Origin: the human T2T-CHM13v2.0 reference genome, Homo sapiens
Assembly: GCF_009914755.1 (NCBI RefSeq)
Contig: NC_060933.1
DNA length: 64,000 bases
Reading direction: 5' to 3' (one strand)
The stretch's first letter is position 1. Each line of letters opens with the position of its first letter. The notes under the pieces were generated by a model, which ran no database searches, was not told the origin of the DNA, and worked only from the letters and a program-made list of their open reading frames with translations. The position numbers and the translations under genes were made by a program. Positions 16,043 to 30,746 of the stretch are shown one piece after another.

Positions 16043-19000
16043 ATCTGAGTAACTTTTAAGTCACCAGAAAAATTGACTTCCTCTTAATAATTTCTGCAAA
16101 CAAGAACAGAGAGCTGACTGCATATGGACTTCACAATTGAAGTTAATTTTAGTCCAGTAATCCCATAAAGAAGTGACAAAAATAACAAAAGCAAACAAAA
16201 AACCCTAAAACACAGTTGCAGAATTGCCTAATGAGGAATTTATATTATTTTGTTTATTTTATCTTTTTCCAATCCTGGCTCTCTCCTAAAAGTCATATGA
16301 AGCATCCCTAAAATCATACATTCAGCAACGCCACACCAGATGTATGATTTATGATGACTGGAAGAGTAGATAGGTAATTTAAGCCACCCCTTGAAATGGA
16401 TCCAAAGCCATAACTCTTATTCTTAGGCTATAGGCTTTTTCTTGTCATATCTATCCCAAAAGGATGTTCAGGCTACCATGGTGACTAAGATTAAAGGTAT
16501 ATGTCTTCTGCTCTTTTTTTTTGCTTTTCTTGCAATTTTTCAAAGGAAATTAATTACGTACATTTCAGACACATGCTTGCATCTCTCCTCAATATCAACA
16601 AGGAATAATAGCACATCACAATAAAAATAGACTATGTTAATTTTGGTCAACTTCTAATTTTTTAAAAATAGATGTATAAGTAAAACTCCTGGAGTTCATT
16701 TTCATGTTTCCTATTGATCTCCACCTGCCACAGATTCTTGTCTACTATATGATAGCATTTCATTAAAAAAGAAGATATTTCAATTACTCTTGCCAATATT
16801 TTTTGTTTGTCTCAACCCAATTAGTAATATGTCAATTACATGGAAATCCAGAAATGTTGCGGAATTTCAGGTTTCTGTATTCCCAGTTGCTCTGATCCTC
16901 TTAATCGATACACAGTAATTAATCAAGATAGCTTGTTGATTTGCTGCTGTTTGTGTGGGAATACCTTTAGTGGCTATAGGACATTTCCTCTAACTCTGCT
17001 AAGCAGAGGTCACTAAATGAACCCAGAGCCATTAAAATAGTATCTCCCTGCTATGTTGGCATACTATGGGTACAGCTCTCCCTTCTACTGAGCTTTTAGA
17101 TTCTCTTTTAAATTCTAAGACACATTTTTCTACAACAGAAGACAAGGTTAAAACTATGGCTAATAAAACATTGTGATTCTAGTTTATGTTGGACAAGAGA
17201 GAGCTTTGATAAATTCCTCTTATTGATTACTTAGGTGTACAGTCTTAGTAAAAACACTTTCAGGTTTTCCTCTTACGTTCCTCATTCAACTTGTGTTGCT
17301 TTTACTTCCATAGTCATTGATGTCTACTTGGGAAGTGTCACATTATGGTAAAATAAGCGATGAATGAGGTAGTCTAAAGTGTGTTTAAAAACTATCTCTT
17401 TACCAACCAGCCGTCCACCCTCTTCAGATATGTTTCTTAGTTTGGTAAGTCACTGGTTTGTAAATTTTTATTATTTTTCTAACTACCATTCATCGTAGAA
17501 ATACTCATATTATATGTTGATCTCTGCTCCATGTATATTTGCCTTCTTCCTCTAATCATCATATGAAATATAGTCTGTTTTGGTTAACAAAGTACATGAT
17601 ATCTAACATTCTGTTAAAACATAATTGGTAAGAATATATTTACCATTTTAAATTTTAAGTAGGCTCTGGGTATTTATTTCTGAAGTCCTTACATTACATG
17701 TTAAAATGGTCTTTTAAAATAATGTTTGCTTTTAAAAATAATTTACCAATTTTATCCTTGTGATTTTAGTTTTATTTCTGAACTAAATAAGTTGAATTCT
17801 TGTTGGCTAGTTACTATAATACTGTTTAATAATCATCTAATTAAACATTTATTGGTGTTCATTATTAAATATTAATTTTATTTTTAGAGCCATGCATTTT
17901 TTTCTGATGCCAAATATCATCTCAGGTCATGCAAATCTCATAGACCCTACCTAGTATGTCCAAATAATACAATATCCCTAATTTTTAAGGTGAATTTTTC
18001 CCACCCTCCTTAGAGTTATGCAGTTTTCAATAAATTACATTGAATTAAAATTTTTAATAAGTAATTTGAAGGGTTGATTTTTTTAAAGGTGTACAGTGAA
18101 AAAAGGCATAATGTCTATCACATTTTGGGTGTTCAGTAGATCAGTAGATAGTGAATAAATAATGGAATAAATTATATTACTTGCAGAGAAAACTTCATTT
18201 TTGCTATTCCTAAATCTCTGCTTTTGGGTAATCTCCTTCGCCAGGATTACATTTTTTCTTAGTGTGTTTCTGCAATATTCCTTCTAGCATGGGTATATAA
18301 AGAAAAGACATTTCTTCAACTTATTAGCCTGCTGATATATAACCTATGATTATGTCGGTGTACTTCATATTATTTTTAGGGTTTATTTAATATAAAAACA
18401 ACAGATGATTTCTAATACTACAAGAATTTTTGGCCTATTAAATTATAAGTTCCTTTCCTAGTGCAAATGCGGGTCATTCATTTGTGCCACCTCTAAACAT
18501 AATGTGAAAACTTGTAATGCTTTCTAATGTGTTTCTTTAGAGTCACCTTCACTTGATTTGTTAAATAAATTTATTTGTTTGATCATTAAAATACCTGTGA
18601 TGTTGCTATACATTGTACAGAATAAAGAAGATGCTTTAGGTGAAAGGTTTATGACGTACATATTTTTACACTAATTGATCTAAAAGAATTAACTGCAGTT
18701 ACACCCTAATTTGTTTTCAAAATTATTTTTTAAAAGCTGTCATGGACTAAAATACCCACATCTAAACCTACTCAGATTTTTCTTATTAAATTTTAAAGAA
18801 CATATTTTAGAAGTATATTTTTATGTTTTCAAAGCCTTAAATATCAATAAAGTAAAAATGAACATGCCAGTCCAACTCCAGTGGGAACCTGTCTTATGAA
18901 GGAGATCAATGACGATTCTAACTAAGCTTCTAAGAAAAGAAAAATCATCTGTGAGCTAGAAGATCTGCATTTCAACAGGCTGTTTATATATTTACTTACA

Positions 19001-19649
19001 TTGAAAAGCAGCCAAATGCTGTGGTTTTTACTTCTTAGCTTTTCCAAATAGGATTTTTTTTAATCCTTCATAAAAATGCACTTTAAAAATAGTTAAATTG
19101 TGTGCATTTTTTTGCCTTTTCATATTTAAGGAAAATAGGGCATATATAATATGGAGCAAACACAAAATCATAAACAGTACATTAAATTGAAGTAAATGAT
19201 GCATTGCATTTAACATTTTACTTTCAAAGTTGTGTAGAAATAGAATATGACCTAAGAAATGGGAAACTAGGCCAATTGGGGTTTTGTGTGATGATAGTTT
19301 CCCAGTGCTTATGTGATAACAGGAAGATATCAAAATACATTGTCAGAAATTCTTCCCTCCACTGCTATCATCCACAGTATCAAAAAAATAAGTGGTGAAA
19401 GAATGGCAGCAAAATACTTTTCCAGGGCACTCAATGATGCAGTGACTTGGAGGGAATCAATAAGACAGAAAGATGAGAGAGCCAAATGTATTCTAGCTAC
19501 GGAGTAAAACTTCTTAATCTTCCTTAAAAGTCTCTTGTGGTCAGCTAGTAGAACTACAAAACCTGGAAGCCTTTACTGGGATGCCATGAGGGAAGGATGC
19601 ATGAAAGTGTAAGCTAATTCTGACAAAAACCTCTTGACTGGGAGCACAG

Positions 19650-19810
19650 AACTGTTTAGAAAGAACACTGGAGTCTCAGAATTCGTAATTGCAGTACGGA
19701 CTTTTTCAAAGACTTGTCTTTATGTTTTGGGGGAAACTACATATTTTGAGACTCTTTTCTCATCTATGAAATGAAGCTGATAATATGTATACCACAGGAC
19801 ATATTTTTGG
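19650..19810 (+). mobile_element. MIR relic
   Basis: agaaagaacactggagtc...ttttctcatctatgaaatgaagctgataata resembles the MIR core. Confidence 0.5.
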
Positions 19811-20154
19811 AAGTGCATAATACAGTGTTTTAAAATTACCGTATAATTCAATTATGGTAGAGGTTTCTACCATTTTTAAGAATAATCTCTAAAGCATGTG
19901 AATTTTAATGGTTTTCAACTAATAATTTAAAAAATAGACTTTTAAACAAGTTCTTACCTTATGATGATACACTTATGGATAAATTATCAAGCCTTGAAGT
20001 ACATAAAATAATTCACAACTTCAGAAAAAAAATCTCACTTTTGTCAGATTTTCTTTTTAGGGGGATAGTAATAAGGGTAGCGTACTCCTTAGGTTGAGTT
20101 AACCAATTTCTGACAAGTTATGTAGCAAACAAGGATGATTTAAAAAGAATTACT

Positions 20155-20527
<373 letters not shown>

Positions 20528-20859
20528 TTATTATAGAGATCATTGAAATTAATTTTGTTTTTCACTATGCCTTTTAATCTGCCCATGGATTTTATTTTTT
20601 TCTTTTTTATAAATAGCATCTCCCCTACTAATATAATAGATGACATAAAAGGATAATGCCTTTTAATCACAGTTACAAAATACAGATGTGCTTCCAGTTA
20701 AAACGTTTTCTTTGTAAACTCCCACCCCCATTATGTTCATAATGTAATATAAACACATTAAAAATGCCTTCCCGGCCAAAGATTTGATATCTTAATTCTG
20801 TAATGAAAATCCAGAAGTCATTTCAGATGACTAGATTTTAGCCACCAGTCCCATATACC

Positions 20860-22160
20860 TATCTACCTTTCAACATCTATGTTTCTCAACTGCTTTCACT
20901 CCTCTTAATAGGAGTAGACTGTTTCTAGCTGAGGACAACCTTCCACTTGTACAGTAAGTCCTCTCACCCAATAAGAGCTGTTGCTTCAATAACATCCCCT
21001 CTCAACTTCTTCTGAATTATCATTTTTTTGCCATGTCTCTACTGGATCATTATCATCAGCACATGAACATTCTCTTACATATTCTCTTAATACTATTCCA
21101 AATGGGCTTTTACTGTTCCTCCACCATCACACTTCTCTTGTCAGTCAGCCCTAAGCTACACAATGTTAAATCCAATGGTTAATTCTTATCCCCTACCTTA
21201 CTTCATTCATCACCAGTATTTTTTAAAACCACTTAATTGTGGTGTGACTGACATGTAAAAACTGTACCTATTTTTGTATACAAACCAATACCTCGGGGAT
21301 GAGTATATACCTATGAAATCATTACTACCATCAAGGCCATACATATAGTCATCATCTACCAGATTTCCTCCCCCAACCCAAACACTTAACATAAGATGTA
21401 CCCCCTTAGCAAATTTAAAAAAAAAAATAAGTTCCGAATGTCTACTATAGAGCATACTGCCTGTAGCTAACATCAAGAGTATTTTAAGCAGCCAATTACT
21501 TCCTTCTGGAAGCATTGGCTACATTTTGTATTCATGACAGGTTCAACTCTGTTTTAGTCTTCTTAACGGTTTCTTTTCATCTTAACCCTCTTCTTTACTC
21601 ACTTTCCAGGAACCTAAGCAAGTTGCATAGCTTTAAGCACAATCTTTATGCTGTAGACTTCCAACTTCATGTCTCTAGCCTAGAAATCTATTCTGAATTT
21701 CAGACACAAATCAAATTTCCTCTACCACATTGTCACTTGGATGGATAAGTGTCATCTTAATATGTCCCAAATGTAGCTCCCCAAGTAGTACATGATAATT
21801 ACATTCTTCTAGTTCCTTTCTGTCTTAAAAAGAAATTACTGATATCTCTGCATTTCCTTCTCTCTCTCTCTTTTTCTCTCTCAACCGCTATTAGTAAATT
21901 CTGTGCGTCTACTTTCAAAATATAATCAGGGAGGTATCAATTTTCACCTTGATTACAGTTGCCATAATAATCTGATCCTCAAAATCTCTTGCCTTATTAC
22001 TCAATATCATCCTAACTATTCTTCATTTTTCCATTGTACTTCATTTCCATCTGTTCACAAAACAGAAGCCATAATAAAAATATCCACTTTAAAAATCTTA
22101 CATCAGATTATACAACTGTTTCTTCAAATTCTACAGTATTTTCTCATTTTATGTACAATC
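20860..22160 (+). mobile_element. Degenerate L2, interrupted by an antisense L1MB-like 3' fragment (~21215-21425)
   Basis: L2-like tracts (tctctactggatcattatcatcagcacatgaac; tatgctgtagacttccaacttcatgtctctagcc). Boundaries are approximate. Confidence 0.55.
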
Positions 22161-23604
22161 ACAGGAAATATATTTTGTAAATAATTACATATTATGTACA
22201 TAATTTTGTTGAAGAATGACTATGGTAAGTGATTAAAAAAACTTGTCAGCATAAAAAAATTACAGTAAAGTGAAATTCAGCGGTCAGAGTATAACAAAAA
22301 CATATTTATAAGAGAATAGGTATTAAATAAAAGCTTTTTTACGGCAGTATTTAAAGAGTTGATATTGGGCAGTGTATTGCAAAATATTTAGTTTCCATTG
22401 GATAAAACAAAATGGGTGATATGATTATTTATTTTAAAATACCAATACATAGAATACACAATAAATTATACCCTTTCAATTATATTAGAATTTATGGTGA
22501 AAAATGTTAAATTTCATCTCAAAATGTATAAGGGAGAAAATTCTTGACATTCATTTATGGTAGGTACAAACATGTGCTTGGAGATTATTGCTGTAGAGCA
22601 CCTTCTAATTGTTAGAATTGTCAGGGCCATTTGCAAACACCAATTGCTTTGATAAACTCTCTCAGCTTAGGCAATTTTAACACATCAATCACATGTTTTG
22701 CTCTTTTAAAAAAAAACATTGAAGTCTTCAATAAGGGAAAACTACAAATTTTGCGTTCATTTGAAAACACTTTCAATGAAAACCAAACGTAAGTGGGGTA
22801 CCAGGAAGGTTCTATGAGTAAAGTGCAACCTTGGAGCCTGGCTGTCTTTGCTTAAGTTTCATGAATACGTTTTTCAAGCTAAGTCTTGAGAATTTAAATA
22901 TAACTTGCTTTTGCCTTTTTTAACCTATTTTTAATTATTTAACTAATTCAATTTTGTGAGTACACTTTTCAATAAATTATCATGCTTGGAACAGAATCAT
23001 ATATGAAGTGTGTTACTGTTACATAAGACAGTATATCTCAAAGTATAGTTTCTCTGAAGGGAGAATTCCTACTAAAGACTCAGATTCTAAGGTGTTATCC
23101 TAAATGAAATGAGAGTTTGATGCTGGGAAAAGAAGTTCCACAGTTAATTGTGATAAACACTATTTCAGAACTACAATGAGAGATTATATAAATCTGTAAA
23201 GTATAAATTTTTTAATACATTTAAGTGTATGTCATTTTTCTAAAGAGTAGGGAATGTTAGAGAAAAATATGCAGAAGAGAAGATACTGAAGCAGTCTTGA
23301 AGAAAGAGCATGAATTTAGTAGGAAAGCAGAATATTCCAGGAATAGGAAGCACCATATGCAAGAGCACAGAGCACTCTGTGAGATGATCCTCTAAAGGGA
23401 AAACCACATCTCATCCTTCACCGGCAGAGTCAGAGACCAAGTTAAGCTGTATTTTATGGCTATTAATAAAGTAAAATAGCCATCAAACTGAGTGGCTGCC
23501 AAGTGATTTTTTCTGTCTCAGAATTTAAGAAGGTATCTCCAAGAGATAGGAAAGTGAATAAAATATATGAGGCCCAAGTGTAATTTATTTTATAAAATAC
23601 ACAT

Positions 23605-23950
23605 TTTGGGGGAGTGATTTTAGATTTACAGAAAAGTTTAACAATAAAACATAGTTTCTTTATACCATTCATCCATCTTTCTTAACAACCTAACAATAAT
23701 ATATTTGTCCATCTTCTAAAGTTAACATATTGCATAACATTTTCTAAAGTTAACATGTTATATAACATAACATCTTCTAAAGTTAACATATTACATTTAT
23801 GATATGTTTCTTTTATATAACTATAAAGCATCCATCAAAAATTAAATGGTAACATTGAAACAATAAGCTAAACTACAGATTTTATTTGGATTTCCTCACT
23901 TTTTCCACTTTTTCTGCTCAGGATCAACTCCAGGGTACCATACCGCACAG
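23605..23950 (-). mobile_element. L1MC/MD-like 3' fragment
   Basis: gattttagatttacagaaaagttt...aactacagattttatttggatttc...ggatcaactccagggtaccatac. Confidence 0.6.
23710..23796. repeat. Three imperfect copies of a 28-bp unit (catcttctaaagttaacatattgcataa)
   Basis: Copies start at 23710, 23738 and 23771. Confidence 0.9.
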
Positions 23951-24876
23951 ATCATTTCCCATAAGTCATATGCTTTATGGATACGATACGTTTAAAGTAA
24001 AGACTGAATCTGAACAAGTTTTTAAATAGACCAGTTACCGTACAAAGTCTGTATAAATAGTGTACCAGAAAGCCATATTAAATATTTTAAAGACAGGCTG
24101 GGACACCTGGTAAGTCCCTGTATCACTGCTAAGTATTGAAACTTAATAAGTTTAAAAAAAAGTTCTACTTTTCTGTTTATTCGCCAGTCCATATGAAACA
24201 AATCAAGACCATATTACATTTTAACGATAAATTTAGTCTATTGTTTTCATTCATTTATACTCTGATATGAGAGCCATGCTAAACGCTGCTAATTTTAATA
24301 TGGGTAATCAGAGCTATGACATTTAGTAGTAATTTGAAAATTAAATTCGAACTCTAGAATTGTGAAGAAAAATGTCTTTAGCTAAAATCTGAATGAGTTT
24401 GCTTGAGAAAAACAACTAGATTTAATCATTTTACAGGAGCATGGTAGGACATTTGTGATACATGTTGTGAAATTTATGACAAAGTCTTCTGTGAGAATTT
24501 TAAAAGAACATTTTTCTTCTTGTTTAGTTTTACTGTCAAATTTAATATTTAAGTCTTTCATTACCTTTATCATGATTGTTCTAACATTAAAAAATCAGAT
24601 ATATTTCTTCTGTGAGTTTTACCTGCATTTTTTTCTGATATATTTGAATGTATATTGTCAGAGATAAGGTCTTACCCATTGCATTCTTTTCTTTAACATG
24701 GTAAAAATGAACAGAACTGCCTTTAAATTAATTTTCTTTGAAAAGCATAATGCAAATTTCAGGGAATTGACTATGTTGCTAGTGTCTAAACTATGTGAAA
24801 CCATAAAAACACCAACTTAACTAACTACCAATCGTCCATCCAAGTACTCATCTATTAAGCACTTTCTGATTTTTAT

Positions 24877-24970
24877 TATTGTTATAAAATACCAATTTAT
24901 CATTACTTTACATCTTAAAATTATATTGTTATAAAATACCAATTTATCATTACTTTACATCTTAAAATTA
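24877..24970. repeat. Perfect 47-bp tandem duplication
   Basis: tattgttataaaataccaatttatcattactttacatcttaaaatta at 24877-24923 and 24924-24970. Confidence 0.97.
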
Positions 24971-27058
24971 TAAAGTAGTAGGGAAAGTTGAGTTTAGAAT
25001 GAAAAAGATGGTATATCCTTATTAGATCAGTCTTTCTAGTTACAAGAGTCAGAAACAGACATCATAAGTGCTTTTGCATAAATGAAAAGTCTAGGATGAG
25101 TTTTCAGATATGACCTGATCCATCAGCCTCCAATGATTTTTTAAGATTCACCTCTTTCTTATCTCTGAGTTATGCTTACTTCTGTATAGCCTTTACCCTC
25201 AGAGTCCTCTTTATGTAGTGGCCTCTAGCAGAACCCTCTGATATTTTTTTTTCCTCCTCAATTCACTAAGACTGTAGGCTTTTTGTGTTTGGAGTTTTCC
25301 CTTTCTTCCTCCATAGTGAGAAAATCTCCTCCTGGAAAAACACTGGAATAGTTGTAGGATTTACCTCATTCTTTTTTTTCTTGCTGAAATCACAGTCCTG
25401 TCTTGACTACCGTACAATGTCTTAAAACAATTGTTGCAAATCTTGTGCATTATTTTCTAGTTATTTATAATGGCATGTGAGTCATGGAGGAGTTATACTT
25501 TCAAATTTAAAAGCAGAAGTCTGTTTACCCATTTTTAATTGCAATATATTGACATAATAGTTAAACCTGATGAAAAACACCAGAAGTACTGAGACATGCG
25601 TACTTAAAATGTTTAGGCAATGAAGGCCCCTATGCAGGAATTTGCAGGAAAGACAATGGCTTTATTGGTTTATCTTATTAAATGTTAATTACACCTTTGA
25701 AAAATCTCTAATCTAACCTTTTATTTATTACCACCACAGAACCTCCAGTACCACTGCTCAACTCAGATGCACTACGAACAAGTTCTTTGTGATATTTCAG
25801 TGTTCTGTCTTCCTTCAGGCCTTTTCTGTGTAGCTATTGAGTCTTTTTTCCTATTTAAACTAAATTCCCAGGAATCCTTCTAATTAACTCCCATTAACTG
25901 AGGTAAAATGAGAGCCTGTCTCTCTCTCTTATTTAGCTAAAAGGAGCTCATAAGCAATAGTTTATGTTAACATGGTGACTAGACTCATACTTAGAATATG
26001 CATTTGGCGGTGACACTGGGTCAAGGGAAAATTTATGAAAACCCTATTTGCATCTTTGTTTGCATGCAGTGGCCAGTGGCATTTTGGGTCTTATATAGTT
26101 AGGTAAGAGAAGAAGTTGCCCTGAAGATGAGAGTTTGGGTATTTATTCATCACTAATATATAGCATTATTAGATTTTTTTAGTGCGGAGGTAGAAATTTG
26201 TATCTTCTATTCTTAGAAACCTATAGCAGGAAAGAAACCCATTATAGAAACATCTCTCCTATTCTGAGTGGTTAAAAAAATCCATTGTTGAATATAATGG
26301 CCGTAAACTCACAGCTCAACTAATAGAACATCAGGACAGAGCAAATTCCAAAATAATATATTTTATATAAATATAAAATTTGTAAAAATTAAAGCCCGGA
26401 TTGGTAATGATTTAGAGTTGCATATTTGAATAAATATTTTTAAAACGATATGGATTGGCTCACGTACATGGAAAATGCTACCTAAAAATCCTTTGCATCT
26501 AAGCATTGTGTGAAAATAGCAATATTCTTGTCTTGTAGAACATCCTATGACAATATTTAAAATAGTCTGGACTGTGGAGTGATCTGTAAAACTGTCTTAG
26601 GAAAGAAATAAATTATATTAAATTGAACTACAGAAAATTTTAAGGGACTACATCCAATTTGTGGGAAAACATATAACAGTTTAGAGCATTATTAGATCTT
26701 GTATTAAAGCAATATGATCAAGGAACAGGTAAAATATTGAAATATAAATTATTTTGGCTGGAATGGAGGTAACAGAGGTATTTAGTTAAAAAATAATCTA
26801 ACTTGTGCAAATGTAAGCTTTATGTTTAACAGCTGCCATTGGTTCCCAGTTGATAAAGTATATTTAATAAGGCCTACTGTGTGTCAGGACAAATTTCAGA
26901 TATCTCTCAATTATTTTTCTTGTTTTAAACTTCCACATAACACTATGAAGACTTTATTATTATGCTTACTTTTTTACACGTGAAATTTAAGGCTAAGAAA
27001 AATAACTAATGTCACTCTTATTAAACAAACACGTATTGTACAACTCCGGGAAATGTAG

Positions 27059-28030
27059 TGAAAGAGTTCAGTATATGTCACTCCGAAATATTACCTCTGT
27101 ATTAGCCTGTTCTTGTACTACTATAAAAAAATACATGAGACTGGGTAATTTATGAAGAAAAGAGGTTTAACTGGCTCACGGTTCTGCAGACTGTACAGAA
27201 AGCATACTGGCTCCTGATTCTGGGAAGTCCTCAGGAAGTTTCCAATCATGGCAAAAGGCAAAGGGAGAGCCAGGCACTTCACATGGCCAGAGCAGCAGAA
27301 ACACGGAGCGGGAAGGTGCTACACACTTTTCAACAACCAGGTCTCTTGAGAATTCACTCACTATCATGAGTGACAACACCAAAGGGGATGGTGTTAAGCC
27401 ATGAGAACTGCCCCCATGATCCAATTACCTCCCACCAGGCCCCACCTCCAACATTGGGGATTACAATTTGGCATGAGATTTGCGCCGGGACATGGAGCCA
27501 AGCCATATCAATCTCTATGGCATATGACTATTTTGAAGTAAATGCACTTTAAAAATGGCAGGTGCAAAAATAATGCTGATGTTCTTTCCTCTTAAAAGCA
27601 GGAGATAAAATTCTCACATAAAAAATGCCCTCTCTATACCACAAGGAAAACATCATTCTTATCATCAAGGGCAAAAAGTTGAGACTAAGGGACATCTGTA
27701 AACACAAACTTTGTTAAACTTACCCTTACCTTTCTAGTCACTTTTCCACCCAATTAACTCTCTTAACCTAAATCCCTTTGCCTTTTCACATTTTCACAAT
27801 TGACCACTCTTTGTCAAAACCATTACATAAGCATTCAACGCTAACTGCTTCTTTGGGTCTTCATTTGTTTAGGGGATCTTCATTTCTTTATGAAAGCTCT
27901 TGTGTCATGTAAAACTCATGTTAAACAAATGTGCATGCATGTTCCTTGTTAATCTGTCTTATGTCAATTTAATTCTCAAGGCCAGCACAAAACCTTAAAA
28001 TAATAAAGCTAAAAATATGCCTCTACTACA
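27059..28030 (+). mobile_element. MER34-like ERV1 solo LTR interrupted by MSTA
   Basis: tgaaagagttcagtatatgtcactccgaaata... resumes tatggcatatgactattttgaag... and ends ctctactaca. Confidence 0.7.
27098..27510 (-). mobile_element. MSTA-like MaLR solo LTR
   Basis: tgtattagcctgttcttg...gccaagccatatca. TSD acctc (27093-27097) / atctc (27511-27515). Confidence 0.9.
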
Positions 28031-28200
28031 CTGGCATAGTAAAATGAGAACAGGCTTTGAGCAGGGATACAGGACTAGAAAGACATATCCTACTGGCTAT
28101 GTGTCCTTTGTTCAGTTACTTAAATTCTCTGTGCTTATTCAACTTTAAAATGGTTATGAATATAATACTTACCTTCTGTGTTAATGTAAATGTTAGCCAT
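28031..28200 (+). mobile_element. MIR relic
   Basis: ggcatagtaaaatgagaacaggctttgag...tactggctatgtgtcctttgttcagttacttaaattctctgtgctt. Confidence 0.55.
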
Positions 28201-28464
28201 GATCTCTCTCTCTCTTCCCTCTCTTTCTCTCTCTCTCTCATCTAATCAAGCAAAGTATTTGGCCCATTCTAGTTATTCTAAAGGTTATAGTGGACATAGC
28301 TGTTCTTATTATGGTATATTGGCAGGCACTGTATGAAATACATTCCATTTATTATTTAAACAAACTATCTATTTTTGATGATCTGGAAAGACTAAAATGA
28401 TGAGGAACCAAAGCTCAGACAGTACCTTATTTTACTGTCTATTTGGGTAAATAGATAACCTAAA

Positions 28465-30746
28465 TAATATGGTTTGGTTCTGTGTCCCCACCCAAATCTC
28501 ATCTTGAATTATACTCCCACAATTCCCACATGTAAGAGATAATTTGAATCATCGGGGCGGTTTCCCCCATACTGTTCTCATGGTAGTGAATAAGACTCAC
28601 GAGATCTGATAGGATAAGGGGTTTCTGCTTTTGCATCTTCCTCATTTTTCTCTCGCTGCTGCCATGTAAAAAGTGCCTTTCCCATCCCGACATGATTCTG
28701 AGGCTTCCCTAGCCACGTGGAACTCTAAGTCTCATTAAATCTCTTTCCCTTCCCAGCCTTGGGTATGTCTTTATCAGCGGTGTGAAAAAGGACTAATACG
28801 GTAAATTAGTACCAGGAGTTGCTTGTTGCCAAAAAAGATACCCAGAAATGTGGAAACGACTTTGGACCTGGGTATCAGGCCAAGGTTGGAGCAGTGTGGA
28901 GGGCTCAGAAGACAGAAAAAAAATGTGGGAAAGTTTGGAACCTCCTGGAGAGTTGTTGAATGCCTTTGACAAAAATGTTGATAATGATATGAACAAGTCT
29001 AGGCTGAGGTGGTCTCAGATGGAGATTAGGAACTTGTTGAGAACTGGAACAAAGGTGACTCTTGTTATGCTTTAGCAAAGAGTCTGGCGGCATTTTGCCC
29101 CTGTCCTAAAAATGTGTGGAACTTTCAACTTGAGAGAGATGATTTAGGGTATCTGGCAAAAGAAATTTCTAAGCAGCGGAGCATTCATAAAAAGGTGACT
29201 TGGGTGCTGTTAAAAGCATTCCATTTTAAAAGGGAAACAGAGCATAAAAATTCAGAAAATCTGCAGCTTGATAATGCATTAGAAAAGAGAAACACATTTT
29301 TTGAGGAGAAATTCAAGCTGATTGCAGAAATTTGCATAAGTAAAAAGGAGCCAATGTTAATCCCCAAGAGGATGGATAAATGTCTCCAGGGCATGTCATA
29401 GGTCTTCATGGCAGCCTCTCCCATCACAGATCAGGAAACCCAGAAGGAAAAAATGGTTTCCTGTGCCAGGACCAGGGTTCCCATGCTGTTTGCAGCCTAG
29501 GGACTTAGTGCCCTGCATCTCAGCTGCTCCAGCCATTGCTAAAAGGGGCCAAGGTACAGCGTGGCCCATTGTTTCAGAGGGTGTAAGCCCCAAACCTTGG
29601 CAGCTTCCATGTGGTGTTGAGCCTTCAGGTGCACAGAAGTCAAGAACTGAGGTTTGGGATCCTCCACCTAGATTTCAGAAGATGCCTGGTGAAACGCCTG
29701 GATGCCAAGACAAGTTTGTTGCAGGGGCAGAGCCCTCATGGAGAACCTCTGCTAGGGCAGTGCTGAAGGGAAATGTGGAGTCAGAGCCCCCCTACAGAGT
29801 GCTTACTGGGGCACCGTCTAGTGGAGCTCTGAGAAGAAGGCCACCATCCTCCAGACTCCTGAATGGTAGATCCACCAACAGCTTGCACCATGCACCTGGA
29901 AAAGCAGCAGACACTCAATGCCAGCCTGGGAAAGCAGCCAGGAATGGGGGCTATACCTTGCAAAGCCACAGGGGCGGAGCTGCCAAAGACTATGGGAACG
30001 TACCTCTTGCATCAGTGTGACCTGGATGCAAGAGGTGGAGACAAAGGAGATCATTCTGGAGTTTTAGAATTTGACTGCCCCGCCGGATTTCAGACTTGCA
30101 TGGACCCTGTCACTCCTTTGTTTTGGCCAATTTCTCCCATTTGGAACAGCTCCCATTTGGTACAGGTATTTACCCAATACCTGTACCTCCATTGTATCTA
30201 GAAAGTAAGTAGCTTGCTTTTGATTTTACAGGATCATAGGTGGAAGGGACTTGCCTTGTTTTAGATGAGACTTTGGACTGTGAACTTTTTGGTGAATGCT
30301 GAAATGAGTTAAGACTTTAGGGGACTGTTGAGAATGCATGATTGGTTTTGAAATGTGAGGACATGAGATTTGGAGGGGCCAGGGGCAGAATCATATGGTT
30401 TGGCTCTGTGTCCCCACCCAAATCTCATCTTGAATTGTATTACCATAATTCCCACGTATTGTCGGGGGGACCTGGTGGGAGATAATTTGAATCATGAGCG
30501 TGGTTTCCCCCATACTGTTGTTGTGGTAGTGAATAAGTCTCACGAGATCTGATGGTTTTATCAGGGGTTTCCACTTTTGCATCTTCCTCATTTTCTCTTG
30601 CCACTTCCATGTAAGAAGTGCCTTTTGCCTCCCACTATGATTCTGGGGGCCTTCCTAGCCATGTGGAACTGTAAGTCCAATTAAACCTATTTTTCTTCTC
30701 AGCCTCAGGTATGTCTTTATCAGCAGTGTGAAAATGGACTAATACA
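28465..30746 (+). mobile_element. Full-length THE1A-like MaLR: 5' LTR 28465-28800, internal region 28801-30390, 3' LTR 30391-30746
   Basis: Paired LTRs (atatggtttgg...ggactaatac) and purine tract ggaggggccaggggcagaa before the 3' LTR. Perfect 5-bp TSD CTAAA at 28460-28464 and 30747-30751. Confidence 0.95.

Noticed and set aside
18880-19005. Possible minus-strand exon with a donor-like tacttac near 18993
   Set aside because: No convincing acceptor, frame or homology; such motifs are common by chance.
23710-23796. Repeats as a CRISPR-like array (also 55426-55503)
   Set aside because: No unique spacers, no cas genes, and the context is eukaryotic.
28848-30201. ORF cluster including the 185-aa 29463-30020
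   Set aside because: THE1 internal sequence, fragmented by stops and frameshifts.
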